DNA of 64,000 nucleotides from a phage: sequence record PZ338877.1; one strand, 5' to 3'. Shown piece by piece: positions 46,502 to 54,553 of this stretch (position 1 is its first letter; each line of letters starts with the position of its first letter). The notes under the pieces were generated by a model. It saw only the letters and a program-made list of their open reading frames with translations, ran no database searches and was not told where the DNA came from. The position numbers and the translations under genes were made by a program.

Positions 46502-46774
46502 TTATACTAAATGCAGCTTTTTACCTTTTACTATGATGTAACTCAATGCGCTATTGCTTTGCACATCCTGATAAATTCTGCGCAAACGGCCTTCGTAGTA
46601 TACTTTCCAACTGGTTGGAATCTTTTTCCCGTATCCTGTAGCAGTTTTTTGTAGTCCTGCAAGTTGCCAATCTAAGATATGTTGTTCGGCTTGTAAATCC
46701 TCGAAGTGCATTACACCGTTCACATAGTGGCGCAAAGTTACATTTAGAGTACGACCGTTGTTAGTAGTATACAT
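46502..46774 (-). CDS. hypothetical protein
   Basis: 90 aa. Confidence 0.45.
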   Translation of the reverse strand: MYTTNNGRTLNVTLRHYVNGVMHFEDLQAEQHILDWQLAGLQKTATGYGKKIPTSWKVYYEGRLRRIYQDVQSNSALSYIIVKGKKLHLV

Positions 46775-46845
46775 TTTCTAATCTCCTAGTTTAAGGACTT
46801 TACTTAGTTGGGAGGTTATCCCTCCCGTTGATTAGTAATTTACTT
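46775..46845 (-). promoter_or_regulatory. type-A intergenic cassette
   Basis: GGGAGG-TTATC-CCTCCC hairpin copy. Confidence 0.5.
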
Positions 46846-46861
46846 GCTTTAAAAACCAAAA

Positions 46862-47194
46862 TCAAGAGGAATTTTTTCGTTTGTTCAGTTCTTGGACAAT
46901 TACAGCGTAATAATCTTTTAAGTCACTGATATTTAAAGCATTTATCAGGGAGTTATAATCATCAACCAACTGAAAATCATCTTTTAAGATATCACTTATC
47001 TGATAGGTTTTCGCTTTGAATCTGAAGCTCATTTCTAGCCGCTTTATTTGCTCATCACTTAAACGCTCCAGAAAGCTCATTACAAGGCTATTATTGACCT
47101 GTTGCGTGATTGCCTTACTTGCCAGATTGTAGGCGCTGTAAGCCTTATAAAGTGCTATAATGGCGATGATTGCAGTGATGCCCATCATTAGCAT
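46862..47194 (-). CDS. small membrane protein
   Basis: 110 aa; N-terminal TM helix (ITAIIAIIALY). Confidence 0.45.
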   Translation of the reverse strand: MLMMGITAIIAIIALYKAYSAYNLASKAITQQVNNSLVMSFLERLSDEQIKRLEMSFRFKAKTYQISDILKDDFQLVDDYNSLINALNISDLKDYYAVIVQELNKRKNSS

Positions 47195-47484
47195 GGTGTT
47201 ACCTCTCTGCGTGATACTTTACCATTTACAGTTATCTCATAAGCTTCTAATAAATCACTTTCAGATTTAACAGGACTTTTAAAAGTATCATCATAAACAT
47301 TAATTTGCAATACAGGCTTTTTATACTCCCTGCAACTATTCCATAAGCAAATTACTACGCGACGGCCTTTTATTTTGCCGTGTAACCATTCCATAACATC
47401 ATGACTATTTCTTGATGTCTCGATAAAATCAATTTTATTGAGTAATTTGCTTAGATTTTCACGCACTTGATTTGATAATTTCAT
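47188..47484 (-). CDS. hypothetical protein
   Basis: 98 aa; 7-nt overlap with downstream gene. Confidence 0.45.
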   Translation of the reverse strand: MKLSNQVRENLSKLLNKIDFIETSRNSHDVMEWLHGKIKGRRVVICLWNSCREYKKPVLQINVYDDTFKSPVKSESDLLEAYEITVNGKVSRREVTPC

Positions 47485-47576
47485 TTTTGAATCTCCTAGT
47501 TTAAGGGCTTTATTTGATAAATCTCTTTATCTGGGGCTATCCTACCAGCTTGTTAGCCCCGTGTAAAGAAATCTAT
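47485..47576 (-). promoter_or_regulatory. type-B intergenic cassette (variant)
   Basis: GGGGCTA...TAGCCCC variant hairpin. Confidence 0.45.
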
Positions 47577-48089
47577 TTAGTTCTTAAAGATATTCATCAC
47601 TGAATCTTTTAATGCTTCCAAGCGTTCTAATACTTCAGATTCTGCGTCTGCGTTGTTCACCTCTTCTTTTAGTCTATCCTCTAAATCATCGCCGTCACGA
47701 TAGCACCAATCGAAAGCGTAACCAAGATAAAAACTTTCTAAAACCGTGCTACCGTTTGCATCCACAACTTTCGCGGCAATGTTATACTCTGAAGCCTCTA
47801 AATCTCTTTCTAATTCTCTCTGTAAGCTGATATAAGCCTCTTTCGATGGATTTTCCCGGCCTTGTTTTGCGTAGTCACTTGAAAGCTGCTTAAGGCTGTA
47901 ATGCAAAGGGATTGCATATTTAAACTCATTACGCTGACAGTTGGTGTTTTTAATAGTTACACCGCCTTGATGGTCATCTGTAAACTCCCAATTATCCATA
48001 TTATGGCTTGCTTCGTAGCAATTAACAGCCTCATAAATGATGGAAAATTTTTCTTTTACAACTTCAAAGGTAGCGTCTACAGTTTTCAT
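47577..48089 (-). CDS. hypothetical protein
   Basis: 170 aa. Confidence 0.5.
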   Translation of the reverse strand: MKTVDATFEVVKEKFSIIYEAVNCYEASHNMDNWEFTDDHQGGVTIKNTNCQRNEFKYAIPLHYSLKQLSSDYAKQGRENPSKEAYISLQRELERDLEASEYNIAAKVVDANGSTVLESFYLGYAFDWCYRDGDDLEDRLKEEVNNADAESEVLERLEALKDSVMNIFKN

Positions 48090-48184
48090 TTTTGAATCTC
48101 CTAGTTTAAGGACTTGATTTAGTGGTAAAGCTCTTTATCTGGGGCTTAAGATATCAACTTTTAAGCCCCTTGTAAAGTACTTTA
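48090..48184 (-). promoter_or_regulatory. type-B intergenic cassette
   Basis: GGGGCTTAA...TTAAGCCCC hairpin. Confidence 0.5.
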
Positions 48185-48442
48185 TCAGATTAAATTGCCA
48201 GTTAATGATAAGTGCATTTTATAGCCTTTTTTGGTAAAAACGTTCACTTTACCGAGTGATTTTACACCTTTAAAAAGGTTGTTTGAACTGCGTTTTAAGG
48301 TTAGTTGCTTATCAGCTTTCACGCCCCACCTTACAGCAGTTTGTTTTCCGTTGTCAACCACTTTTCCGCATAACTTTTTAGCCATAACGCGAGCGTCATC
48401 ACGAGTCTTTGCAGTAATTACAACGTTTTTGATAATAGCCAT
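48185..48442 (-). CDS. hypothetical basic protein
   Basis: Track ORF trimmed to Met6 (MENLK prefix from cassette). Confidence 0.45.
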   Translation of the reverse strand: MAIIKNVVITAKTRDDARVMAKKLCGKVVDNGKQTAVRWGVKADKQLTLKRSSNNLFKGVKSLGKVNVFTKKGYKMHLSLTGNLI

Positions 48443-48531
48443 TTTTAAGTTCTCCAATTTAGGATTTAGTGGTAAAGCTCTTTATCTGGGGCTTACTTTA
48501 TCGAACTATAAGCCCCTTGTAAAGTACTTTA
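48443..48531 (-). promoter_or_regulatory. type-B intergenic cassette
   Basis: Near-identical to 46416-46501. Confidence 0.5.
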
Positions 48532-48912
48532 TTAGTTAATTTTGAAAATTGTCACATAACCATCGCTCCCGATGATTTGTGATACCCCAGCTTTTTCTAC
48601 TTGATAGCCCATATTTTCAAGATGGTAAACAGCATCATCGTAACCATATGCGCCACCCTGATAACGTCGCTTATCACATTTTATCAGGTTTTTACCGCGT
48701 CCAGCAAGTGCATTCAGTACGGCTTTTTCACTTGATAGTGTACCATCTATCATGGTTGCCGTGTAATGGTTGATTTTATTCCCATTAATATCATACTTAA
48801 AATTGAATGCGTGAACAATAATCAATTTACCGTTAAATTTTTCATCAAGTGACTTCTCCAGTGCGTTGCGGAAGTTGTCTTTATTGATGAATTTCGGTGC
48901 ACGATAAGCCAT
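48532..48912 (-). CDS. hypothetical protein
   Basis: 126 aa. Confidence 0.5.
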   Translation of the reverse strand: MAYRAPKFINKDNFRNALEKSLDEKFNGKLIIVHAFNFKYDINGNKINHYTATMIDGTLSSEKAVLNALAGRGKNLIKCDKRRYQGGAYGYDDAVYHLENMGYQVEKAGVSQIIGSDGYVTIFKIN

Positions 48913-49000
48913 TTTAGAATCTCCTAGTTTAAGGTAAGTTAGTAAAGCTCTTTATCTGGGGCTTAAGATATCAGCTTTTAAGCCCCTTGTAAAGTACTTT
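48913..49000 (-). promoter_or_regulatory. type-B intergenic cassette
   Basis: GGGGCTTAAGATATCAGCTTTTAAGCCCC hairpin. Confidence 0.5.
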
Positions 49001-49207
49001 TTATATATCGTAATAGTAAACCGCTGACTGTTTTATATGTCGCTTTGTATTCTTTGTTAGGTAGCAATTAGAGTTAATTGCCGTTTCTACATAGTTGCAA
49101 TAATCAGCTTCTGATATTCTACGCCATGCGCCGCACACTTGCATATAAAAACGTTTTGCCTTTGTGTTAACGTTGGTTGTAACCATCAATTCGCGACTGT
49201 ACATCAT
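49001..49207 (-). CDS. hypothetical Cys-containing small protein
   Basis: 68 aa; first gene of hyperplastic block. Confidence 0.4.
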   Translation of the reverse strand: MMYSRELMVTTNVNTKAKRFYMQVCGAWRRISEADYCNYVETAINSNCYLTKNTKRHIKQSAVYYYDI

Positions 49208-49712
49208 TTTGGATTCTCCAGTTTAGGAAGTGGGCTTGCTTGCCCGTCTGATGCAAATATTAGATAACCATACTCAAAGAGTCAATAGGAATTTTAAAAA
49301 TATTTTTGCAAGAATTGTAATGAAACGGGTGCGCGCGACTACCACAAAACAGAACTACAATCAAGAATTATTTTTCAATCCGCTACAAATTTTTCTGTTG
49401 ACTTTTATTTCCAGATGTGGTAGCCTTGTGAGAAATGGCGACATCCCCACCTGCACCCACCTACCTGCACAATTCTAAAATGATTTTTCTTGCCCGACCT
49501 GATTTTTCTCTGCACGTTTTGAAAATGAAAAAGCTCTTTGGAGATTACCTGCACAGTTTGAAAATGAATTTTCTCTTTGGAGTTCAAAATTCTCTCTACA
49601 GATTTCTCTACAGAACTCTACCTGCACAATTCTAAAATGAAAAAGCCCTCCTTACCTGAAAATTTACCAGATAAGAAAGGCTTAGTCTATTGTGAATATT
49701 CTACAGAGTTTC
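49208..49712 (-). promoter_or_regulatory. 500-bp intergenic region with direct repeats (candidate promoter cluster)
   Basis: TACCTGCACAATTCTAAAATGA repeated twice, CTGCAC(A/G)(G/T)TTTGAAAATGAA twice; no ORF of 60 aa or more. Confidence 0.3.
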
Positions 49713-50498
49713 TTAGTTCTTTGCGTCTAAGAAGGTAACTTCCGGTGAAGAGAAAATTCCCTCAACATCCTCATCAGTTCTTGCATAGATATATGTATCT
49801 GCATCACTGCCAAATGTTACTGCAATTCTGTGATTGCTCTTCGACAGGTGGGTAACTAGAGCGTTACTTAGAGACATCTTTTCAACCGGAGGGTTACTTT
49901 GATGTACCTTACCTTTTCTTCGTCTGAAGAGGGTAACTGCATCGTCAGTGAACACTACTACACCTGCAAAGTATTCTGGTTCACAGTAGTTCTTCCAACC
50001 TGAGCGTAACTTGTGGTACATCTCTCCTTCGTAGACATATAGATAGACATCTACACTCTTCATCACCTGATTAATGATAACGGTGACGGCTTGAGGGTCA
50101 AGTCCACCGATACCTGCACCAATCATAGGTAAACCAACTTTCTTCAACTGATTAACTTCACAGTATCTGTTAAGTTGTTTCAAAGATGACTCTAAAGCAC
50201 TGTATCGGGCATCTTTACCAGTCTTAAGCTGAGTGTAAAGGTTAGCTATACGGCCTTGTTCTAAACGTGCTACAGAGAAATTGCCTAGTAAATTTTCACA
50301 GGGTTTGTGGCCTATACCACCTGCATACAGATAAACTTCTGTATCGGTCTCATATGCTTTTGGGTAAAGTTTAGAAATCTTGTTAGCGATACCCGCACCC
50401 ATTAAGTTCATACAGTTGCAACCGTGACCAATGATATCAAACTTACCTTTATCAAATGCGGAGAAGATATCCCCATTGATGATTTTTACAATACCCAT
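49713..50498 (-). CDS. macro-domain-like protein with C-terminal extension
   Basis: 261 aa; N-terminal ~150 aa has NGDIFS...DIIGHGCNCMNLMGAGIANKI and VGLPMIGAGIGGLD motifs reminiscent of macro-domain GDIT/NAAN/GGGV and ISTGIYG blocks. Confidence 0.4.
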   Translation of the reverse strand: MGIVKIINGDIFSAFDKGKFDIIGHGCNCMNLMGAGIANKISKLYPKAYETDTEVYLYAGGIGHKPCENLLGNFSVARLEQGRIANLYTQLKTGKDARYSALESSLKQLNRYCEVNQLKKVGLPMIGAGIGGLDPQAVTVIINQVMKSVDVYLYVYEGEMYHKLRSGWKNYCEPEYFAGVVVFTDDAVTLFRRRKGKVHQSNPPVEKMSLSNALVTHLSKSNHRIAVTFGSDADTYIYARTDEDVEGIFSSPEVTFLDAKN

Positions 50499-50699
50499 TT
50501 AGCATCTCTCCCAAGATTCTTTATCTTCTGAAGGTTTTACACGTTGTCCTTCGTGGTCTACCCAGATACATCCACAACCTTCACAGATTACTGGCATTGC
50601 ATAGCCAGCTTTAAAGTCATCTTCAGTGATAAGACCTTTTAAGTCACCTGTATCACGTCCGAACATTTCGATAGAACAGTCTTTGCAGAAGTCAGCCAT
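50499..50699 (-). CDS. small Cys-rich (zinc-ribbon-like) protein
   Basis: Trimmed to Met27 (AAGAGG RBS); CKDC...CEGCGC. Confidence 0.4.
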   Translation of the reverse strand: MADFCKDCSIEMFGRDTGDLKGLITEDDFKAGYAMPVICEGCGCIWVDHEGQRVKPSEDKESWERC

Positions 50700-50919
50700 T
50701 GATAATTGCCTCTTGAATGATGATACCTTTACCACAACGACTTTTAAAGTCTTCCAATGGCTGTGAGATAAAGCCACGTAAGCAATAACTGAATGCTAAT
50801 TTTTTCCTGTGGATTATCACATCATTTGCTGTAAAAGGAATCACTTCATTTCTTCCAATGTATACTGCTGACCGGATAATTTTCCGTGTCTTTTTATCTC
50901 TGGCTAGTATTACTTTCAT
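50692..50919 (-). CDS. hypothetical small protein
   Basis: 75 aa. Confidence 0.4.
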   Translation of the reverse strand: MKVILARDKKTRKIIRSAVYIGRNEVIPFTANDVIIHRKKLAFSYCLRGFISQPLEDFKSRCGKGIIIQEAIING

Positions 50920-51226
50920 AGTTTACCTTCTCAGTTAGCTCATACAAATCAACATGCTCAATACTATCAATGTTGATACCAATCTTTTTGAAGCGTTCTA
51001 TCACTTCGTTGTCTGTCATCCATATCAGACACCAATGATTGTGTATGGATTCTTCAAGAAGGTCAACACAATCTTTGAAAGTTTTTGTATCACTCCTTGT
51101 CCCTACCATTGCCACAACACCATATAGGAACTTGCCGTTACCATATGTGACTTGTGCTACACCAATATCTTTTTCACTATCTTGGATGACAGCTACAATG
51201 GTTTTACCGTTCACTTCCATAATCAC
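50894..51226 (-). CDS. hypothetical protein
   Basis: 110 aa. Confidence 0.45.
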   Translation of the reverse strand: MIMEVNGKTIVAVIQDSEKDIGVAQVTYGNGKFLYGVVAMVGTRSDTKTFKDCVDLLEESIHNHWCLIWMTDNEVIERFKKIGINIDSIEHVDLYELTEKVNYESNTSQR

Positions 51227-51666
51227 CCCACAATAAAGAACTTAGCTCTGTTATTTCTTTTTAAGTCAGTGAAATTAAAGAAGAAGTCTTTACAGTTAGA
51301 GCGACCTCTCTTTTTAACTCCACAAAACTTTTGTCGGTATGTCTTCTTCTTAAATTCAAGATTACAGCACGGACACTTAATCAATTCACCAACTTTGGCG
51401 TCAACATTAATGTAATACCTTGCTAGGCAAATTTCCATCCTTTGTTGCAAACTTAATCCAGAGTTCATTAGATTATTTTGGTGTATAACATACAAAGGAA
51501 CCTTTGGAAAATCCTTTTGTGTGTACTCTACATTTGTTTTAGAAGACCTCACTAAGAGGTCTCTAAACTCTGCTCTTAAGTCTTGAAGTTCAGCCCAACG
51601 GTCTGCATCATCTGCACAGTCACCCATTTGTAAGTTCCTCTGTTGGTAATTCGCCATTTTCAGCAA
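51223..51666 (-). CDS. hypothetical protein with C-terminal Cys cluster
   Basis: 147 aa; CPCCN...FCG; true start may be internal (overlaps upstream gene by 47 nt). Confidence 0.4.
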   Translation of the reverse strand: MLKMANYQQRNLQMGDCADDADRWAELQDLRAEFRDLLVRSSKTNVEYTQKDFPKVPLYVIHQNNLMNSGLSLQQRMEICLARYYINVDAKVGELIKCPCCNLEFKKKTYRQKFCGVKKRGRSNCKDFFFNFTDLKRNNRAKFFIVG

Positions 51667-51931
51667 AGTATTGAAGGTACGGTAACAGTTCTTTTACCTG
51701 TTCTTGATTGAGCTTCATTCTTTGATTACCTACAAAATCTTTACCTACTAACGCTGGGATATCAAGTGTTTTCCAGCCACCATCTAGGTACTGAACAGAG
51801 ACCTCTTTAGCACCTAACCAGATACATGGCTCATATGATGAACTCTCTTGTAAAGTACAAATTTCCCCTTTAGCATCTTTAAATTCTGCATAAGAAAATC
51901 CACGATTTGTTGGCTGGAATTGCATAATCAT
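51620..51931 (-). CDS. hypothetical protein
   Basis: 103 aa. Confidence 0.45.
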   Translation of the reverse strand: MIMQFQPTNRGFSYAEFKDAKGEICTLQESSSYEPCIWLGAKEVSVQYLDGGWKTLDIPALVGKDFVGNQRMKLNQEQVKELLPYLQYFAENGELPTEELTNG

Positions 51932-52197
51932 TTCCTCGTTTTAAGAACTGCTAAGATTTCTTTAGAGTCTGGTAAGAACCATGTGTAGTGATTCTCTTTG
52001 ATTTCTGGATGAGTGTCAACCTTTATTTTGCACTCTTTACCAACATGCTTAAGCTGTGCTGTGACACCTTGCATAAAGATATGACACATCACGTTGTCCA
52101 TAATGGTTGGTGAGAAATCAACACGCATATAAGTTTCTTTTGGTCGTGGTAGGAGTAAGTACCCTTCTACATAGAAAGTGTCTTCATTCTCTTTCAT
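51928..52197 (-). CDS. hypothetical protein
   Basis: 89 aa. Confidence 0.45.
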   Translation of the reverse strand: MKENEDTFYVEGYLLLPRPKETYMRVDFSPTIMDNVMCHIFMQGVTAQLKHVGKECKIKVDTHPEIKENHYTWFLPDSKEILAVLKTRK

Positions 52198-52463
52198 TGC
52201 TGTTTGTTTCCTAATAAAATCATATCAATAAGGTTATTAGCTTTGATTGTGCACTGGTAAAAACCATCACGATAAAACTCAAGGGCTGCTGCCACATCAC
52301 TACCAGTGTTGCCTTTGACAGTGAATCTTGATTCTTCTTGAGTGTACTTGTCACTCTCACTTACTTGGGAGTTTTTGAATGTACTGTTCACTTTGTTCGT
52401 TGAACACCCTGACATAATTATCAGTAACACAAACATTATAAAACTCTGGCTTAGTTTTTTCAT
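52194..52463 (-). CDS. o-spanin-like outer-membrane lipoprotein (Rz1-like), overlapped architecture
   Basis: 89 aa; signal peptide ending ...IIMSGC (lipobox-like); first ~107 nt overlap the 3' end of the upstream TM/coiled-coil gene in another frame. Confidence 0.4.
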   Translation of the reverse strand: MKKLSQSFIMFVLLIIMSGCSTNKVNSTFKNSQVSESDKYTQEESRFTVKGNTGSDVAAALEFYRDGFYQCTIKANNLIDMILLGNKQQ

Positions 52464-52704
52464 ATGTTAGTACCTCTTTTGTATGCTTATTCTTAGCAAG
52501 CACGTCTTTCAAATCATTTTTGTAACTGGTGCTGAGTGTGACTAAACCTTCCTGATAAGCATCTTTAGCGACACTTATCAGTTTCTCATTATTTAGCTCA
52601 GCTTCAGCAACTTGATAGTCTCTGTAAGAGTATCCTCCCCAGACACCTGCTCCAACTAAGAAAACAATTATGAAAGTAGCTTGACAGAACTCTTTAAATG
52701 TCAT
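52357..52704 (-). CDS. i-spanin-like protein (Rz-like)
   Basis: 115 aa; N-terminal TM helix (FIIVFLVGAGVWGG) then coiled-coil periplasmic domain; contains overlapping lipoprotein gene. Confidence 0.45.
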   Translation of the reverse strand: MTFKEFCQATFIIVFLVGAGVWGGYSYRDYQVAEAELNNEKLISVAKDAYQEGLVTLSTSYKNDLKDVLAKNKHTKEVLTYEKTKPEFYNVCVTDNYVRVFNEQSEQYIQKLPSK

Positions 52705-52723
52705 TTAACAATCTCCTGAAATG

Positions 52724-52744
52724 AAAAAGGCTCCCGAAGGAGCC
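52724..52744 (-). terminator. intrinsic terminator
   Basis: GGCTCC-CGAA-GGAGCC hairpin followed on minus strand by T-run. Confidence 0.55.
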
Positions 52745-52756
52745 TGTATCTTAACC

Positions 52757-53221
52757 TTAACCGAGGACTTTAGCAAGGACATTTGCAGCCATCGAAGAAG
52801 CTTTTGCAGCAGCAGCTACCCCAGCTTTGATAGCGTTATCCTTGATAGCAGATACCGTTGCAGCATCAGTAAAGAGATAAGTAGTTGTTTTAGAACCACT
52901 TGTAAAGGAAAGCATAAGAGCAGTTTCCAGATTGAAAGAGCGATACGGAGCACCTTCTTTAACGATACCTTCAGCACCTAACTCTGAAGCCATACCCATA
53001 TCATAGATAGTCATCAGGTTTTCTTTGTGTGCAGTCGTTGAACCAGCACCTTTGACGTGTTTCTTAACATTCAGAAGAGCACGGTATTCTCGGATGTTCC
53101 CGTCTGCTTTTACATTGACAGCACGGAAAATTTTACCCTCAAAGTTGCTTTTGATAATGTTACGAACTACTTCAGATTTGTTTGCCGTAACGTCCAGTGC
53201 TACCGTAATGATATTGTTCAT
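52757..53221 (-). CDS. hypothetical protein
   Basis: 154 aa; Ala-rich C-terminus. Confidence 0.5.
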   Translation of the reverse strand: MNNIITVALDVTANKSEVVRNIIKSNFEGKIFRAVNVKADGNIREYRALLNVKKHVKGAGSTTAHKENLMTIYDMGMASELGAEGIVKEGAPYRSFNLETALMLSFTSGSKTTTYLFTDAATVSAIKDNAIKAGVAAAAKASSMAANVLAKVLG

Positions 53222-53231
53222 AAGTTTTCTC

Positions 53232-53927
53232 TCAATGTTTTACTAACATAGTTTTAATGTGCGGAAGGATTCTGTTTACCTTCTGAACATTCTTCTCTGT
53301 ATCTTCTATAAAACATACTATATTAAAGTAAGGAAGAATGCAAGACTGAATCATCCTAACTTTCAAACTTTCTGCATTTATAGAGTTAGTTCCAAAACCA
53401 CGCATAAAAAGCATGTAATCATGCTCTATGTAATGCCTTAAAAACATCTCAGTAGGTATTCTCTGAGATTCACCCCTCGCTGTCAAGAGTCCAATGGCAG
53501 CATGATTAGAGATTGCATCAATAATATTGAAAACATACGTTGGCTTTGCACTTACAGAGTCAAGCAAATTAGTGTACTGTGAAAATGACCCATCAATCAA
53601 TTCCGTTGAGAAATCTTCGTGATTAAAATTTGTAAGAACACCATCAATGTCTGCTAAGATAAGGTTACCTTTTTCTACAAGGTCTTTATTGACTATGACT
53701 AAACTGTCACGTCTTACACCTAGAGATTGTCCAGTCTCTTTGTCCACAACGTTCACAACTGGTTCTGATGTGTGGAACTCTTCAAGTGAACATACAACTT
53801 CTCTTGCAGTGTCTTCAAAATCCCTGCACTGTTCTGGAGTCCATATACAGGAATCAAGACCTAACTCATGAGGATGCAAGTCGTAAGCATGACACAGTAC
53901 TTCATCAGACTTTCTTAATTTTTTCAT
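53232..53927 (-). CDS. HAD-family phosphatase-like protein
   Basis: 231 aa; LILADIDGVLTNF resembles HAD motif I (DxDGT/V). Confidence 0.35.
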   Translation of the reverse strand: MKKLRKSDEVLCHAYDLHPHELGLDSCIWTPEQCRDFEDTAREVVCSLEEFHTSEPVVNVVDKETGQSLGVRRDSLVIVNKDLVEKGNLILADIDGVLTNFNHEDFSTELIDGSFSQYTNLLDSVSAKPTYVFNIIDAISNHAAIGLLTARGESQRIPTEMFLRHYIEHDYMLFMRGFGTNSINAESLKVRMIQSCILPYFNIVCFIEDTEKNVQKVNRILPHIKTMLVKH

Positions 53928-54453
53928 GATTTACCTTAGAAATGTTTGTTGCAAATTCACATTGAGCGATGACTTTCATATTGTTATAGACATCTTGAGA
54001 GTATTTCTTAGCTTTAGGGATTTTGTACGAATACCCAGCATTATATGATGCTAAAACTTTTTGTAAAGTCTTCTTTGACTTTGGTTGACCGTGTACCTTA
54101 GTCCAAAATTCAAGCTCTTTGTGTGTTTCCTTTGCAGCATAGTCAAAATCTTTTAAGAGTTTCTTTTTAGCCACATTAGGACTGATTTTGTTACGCTTTA
54201 CAACAGTCTTCAAGTGATTCTGGAAGATACCATAATCATGTGTCTTTTTATTCTCTACATTCAGACCTAACTCTGACTCTTGTAAGGCTATAGCAGCTAG
54301 AGTGATACCCCAACCTTTACCCATATTATTCTCACCATACTGGTAAGCTTTTAGCATGTTTACTTTTTGGCTAATTGATAGCTCTGGGCAGTCAACTGCA
54401 TAAGATAAGTGTGCTGTAAACATTAAGCACAAACCTAGAATCAACTTCTTCAT
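53905..54453 (-). CDS. secreted lytic transglycosylase-like protein
   Basis: 182 aa; signal peptide MKKLILGLCLMFTAHLSYA; SLT-like motifs ALQESELG and YGIFQ. Confidence 0.5.
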   Translation of the reverse strand: MKKLILGLCLMFTAHLSYAVDCPELSISQKVNMLKAYQYGENNMGKGWGITLAAIALQESELGLNVENKKTHDYGIFQNHLKTVVKRNKISPNVAKKKLLKDFDYAAKETHKELEFWTKVHGQPKSKKTLQKVLASYNAGYSYKIPKAKKYSQDVYNNMKVIAQCEFATNISKVNHEKIKKV

Positions 54454-54513
54454 TGGTTCTCCTGTTTAGTTTATCGTGACAACAATTATACAGCACTCTG
54501 CACAAAACACAAA

Positions 54514-54539
54514 TAAAAAAGGCCGCCGAAGCAGCCTTT
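54514..54539 (-). terminator. terminator downstream of rIIB
   Basis: AAGGC-loop-GCCTT hairpin flanked by A-run and T-run. Confidence 0.45.
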
Positions 54540-54553
54540 TAAGAAATTACTTA

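Noticed and set aside
42948-48457. Conserved N-terminal peptides MTSLLNKVLKLGDSK and MENLK on several small proteins
   Set aside because: They are in-frame translation of the conserved intergenic cassette (the ATG lies inside the hairpin, upstream of the RBS); the Met after the CTAGGAGA RBS is the likelier start
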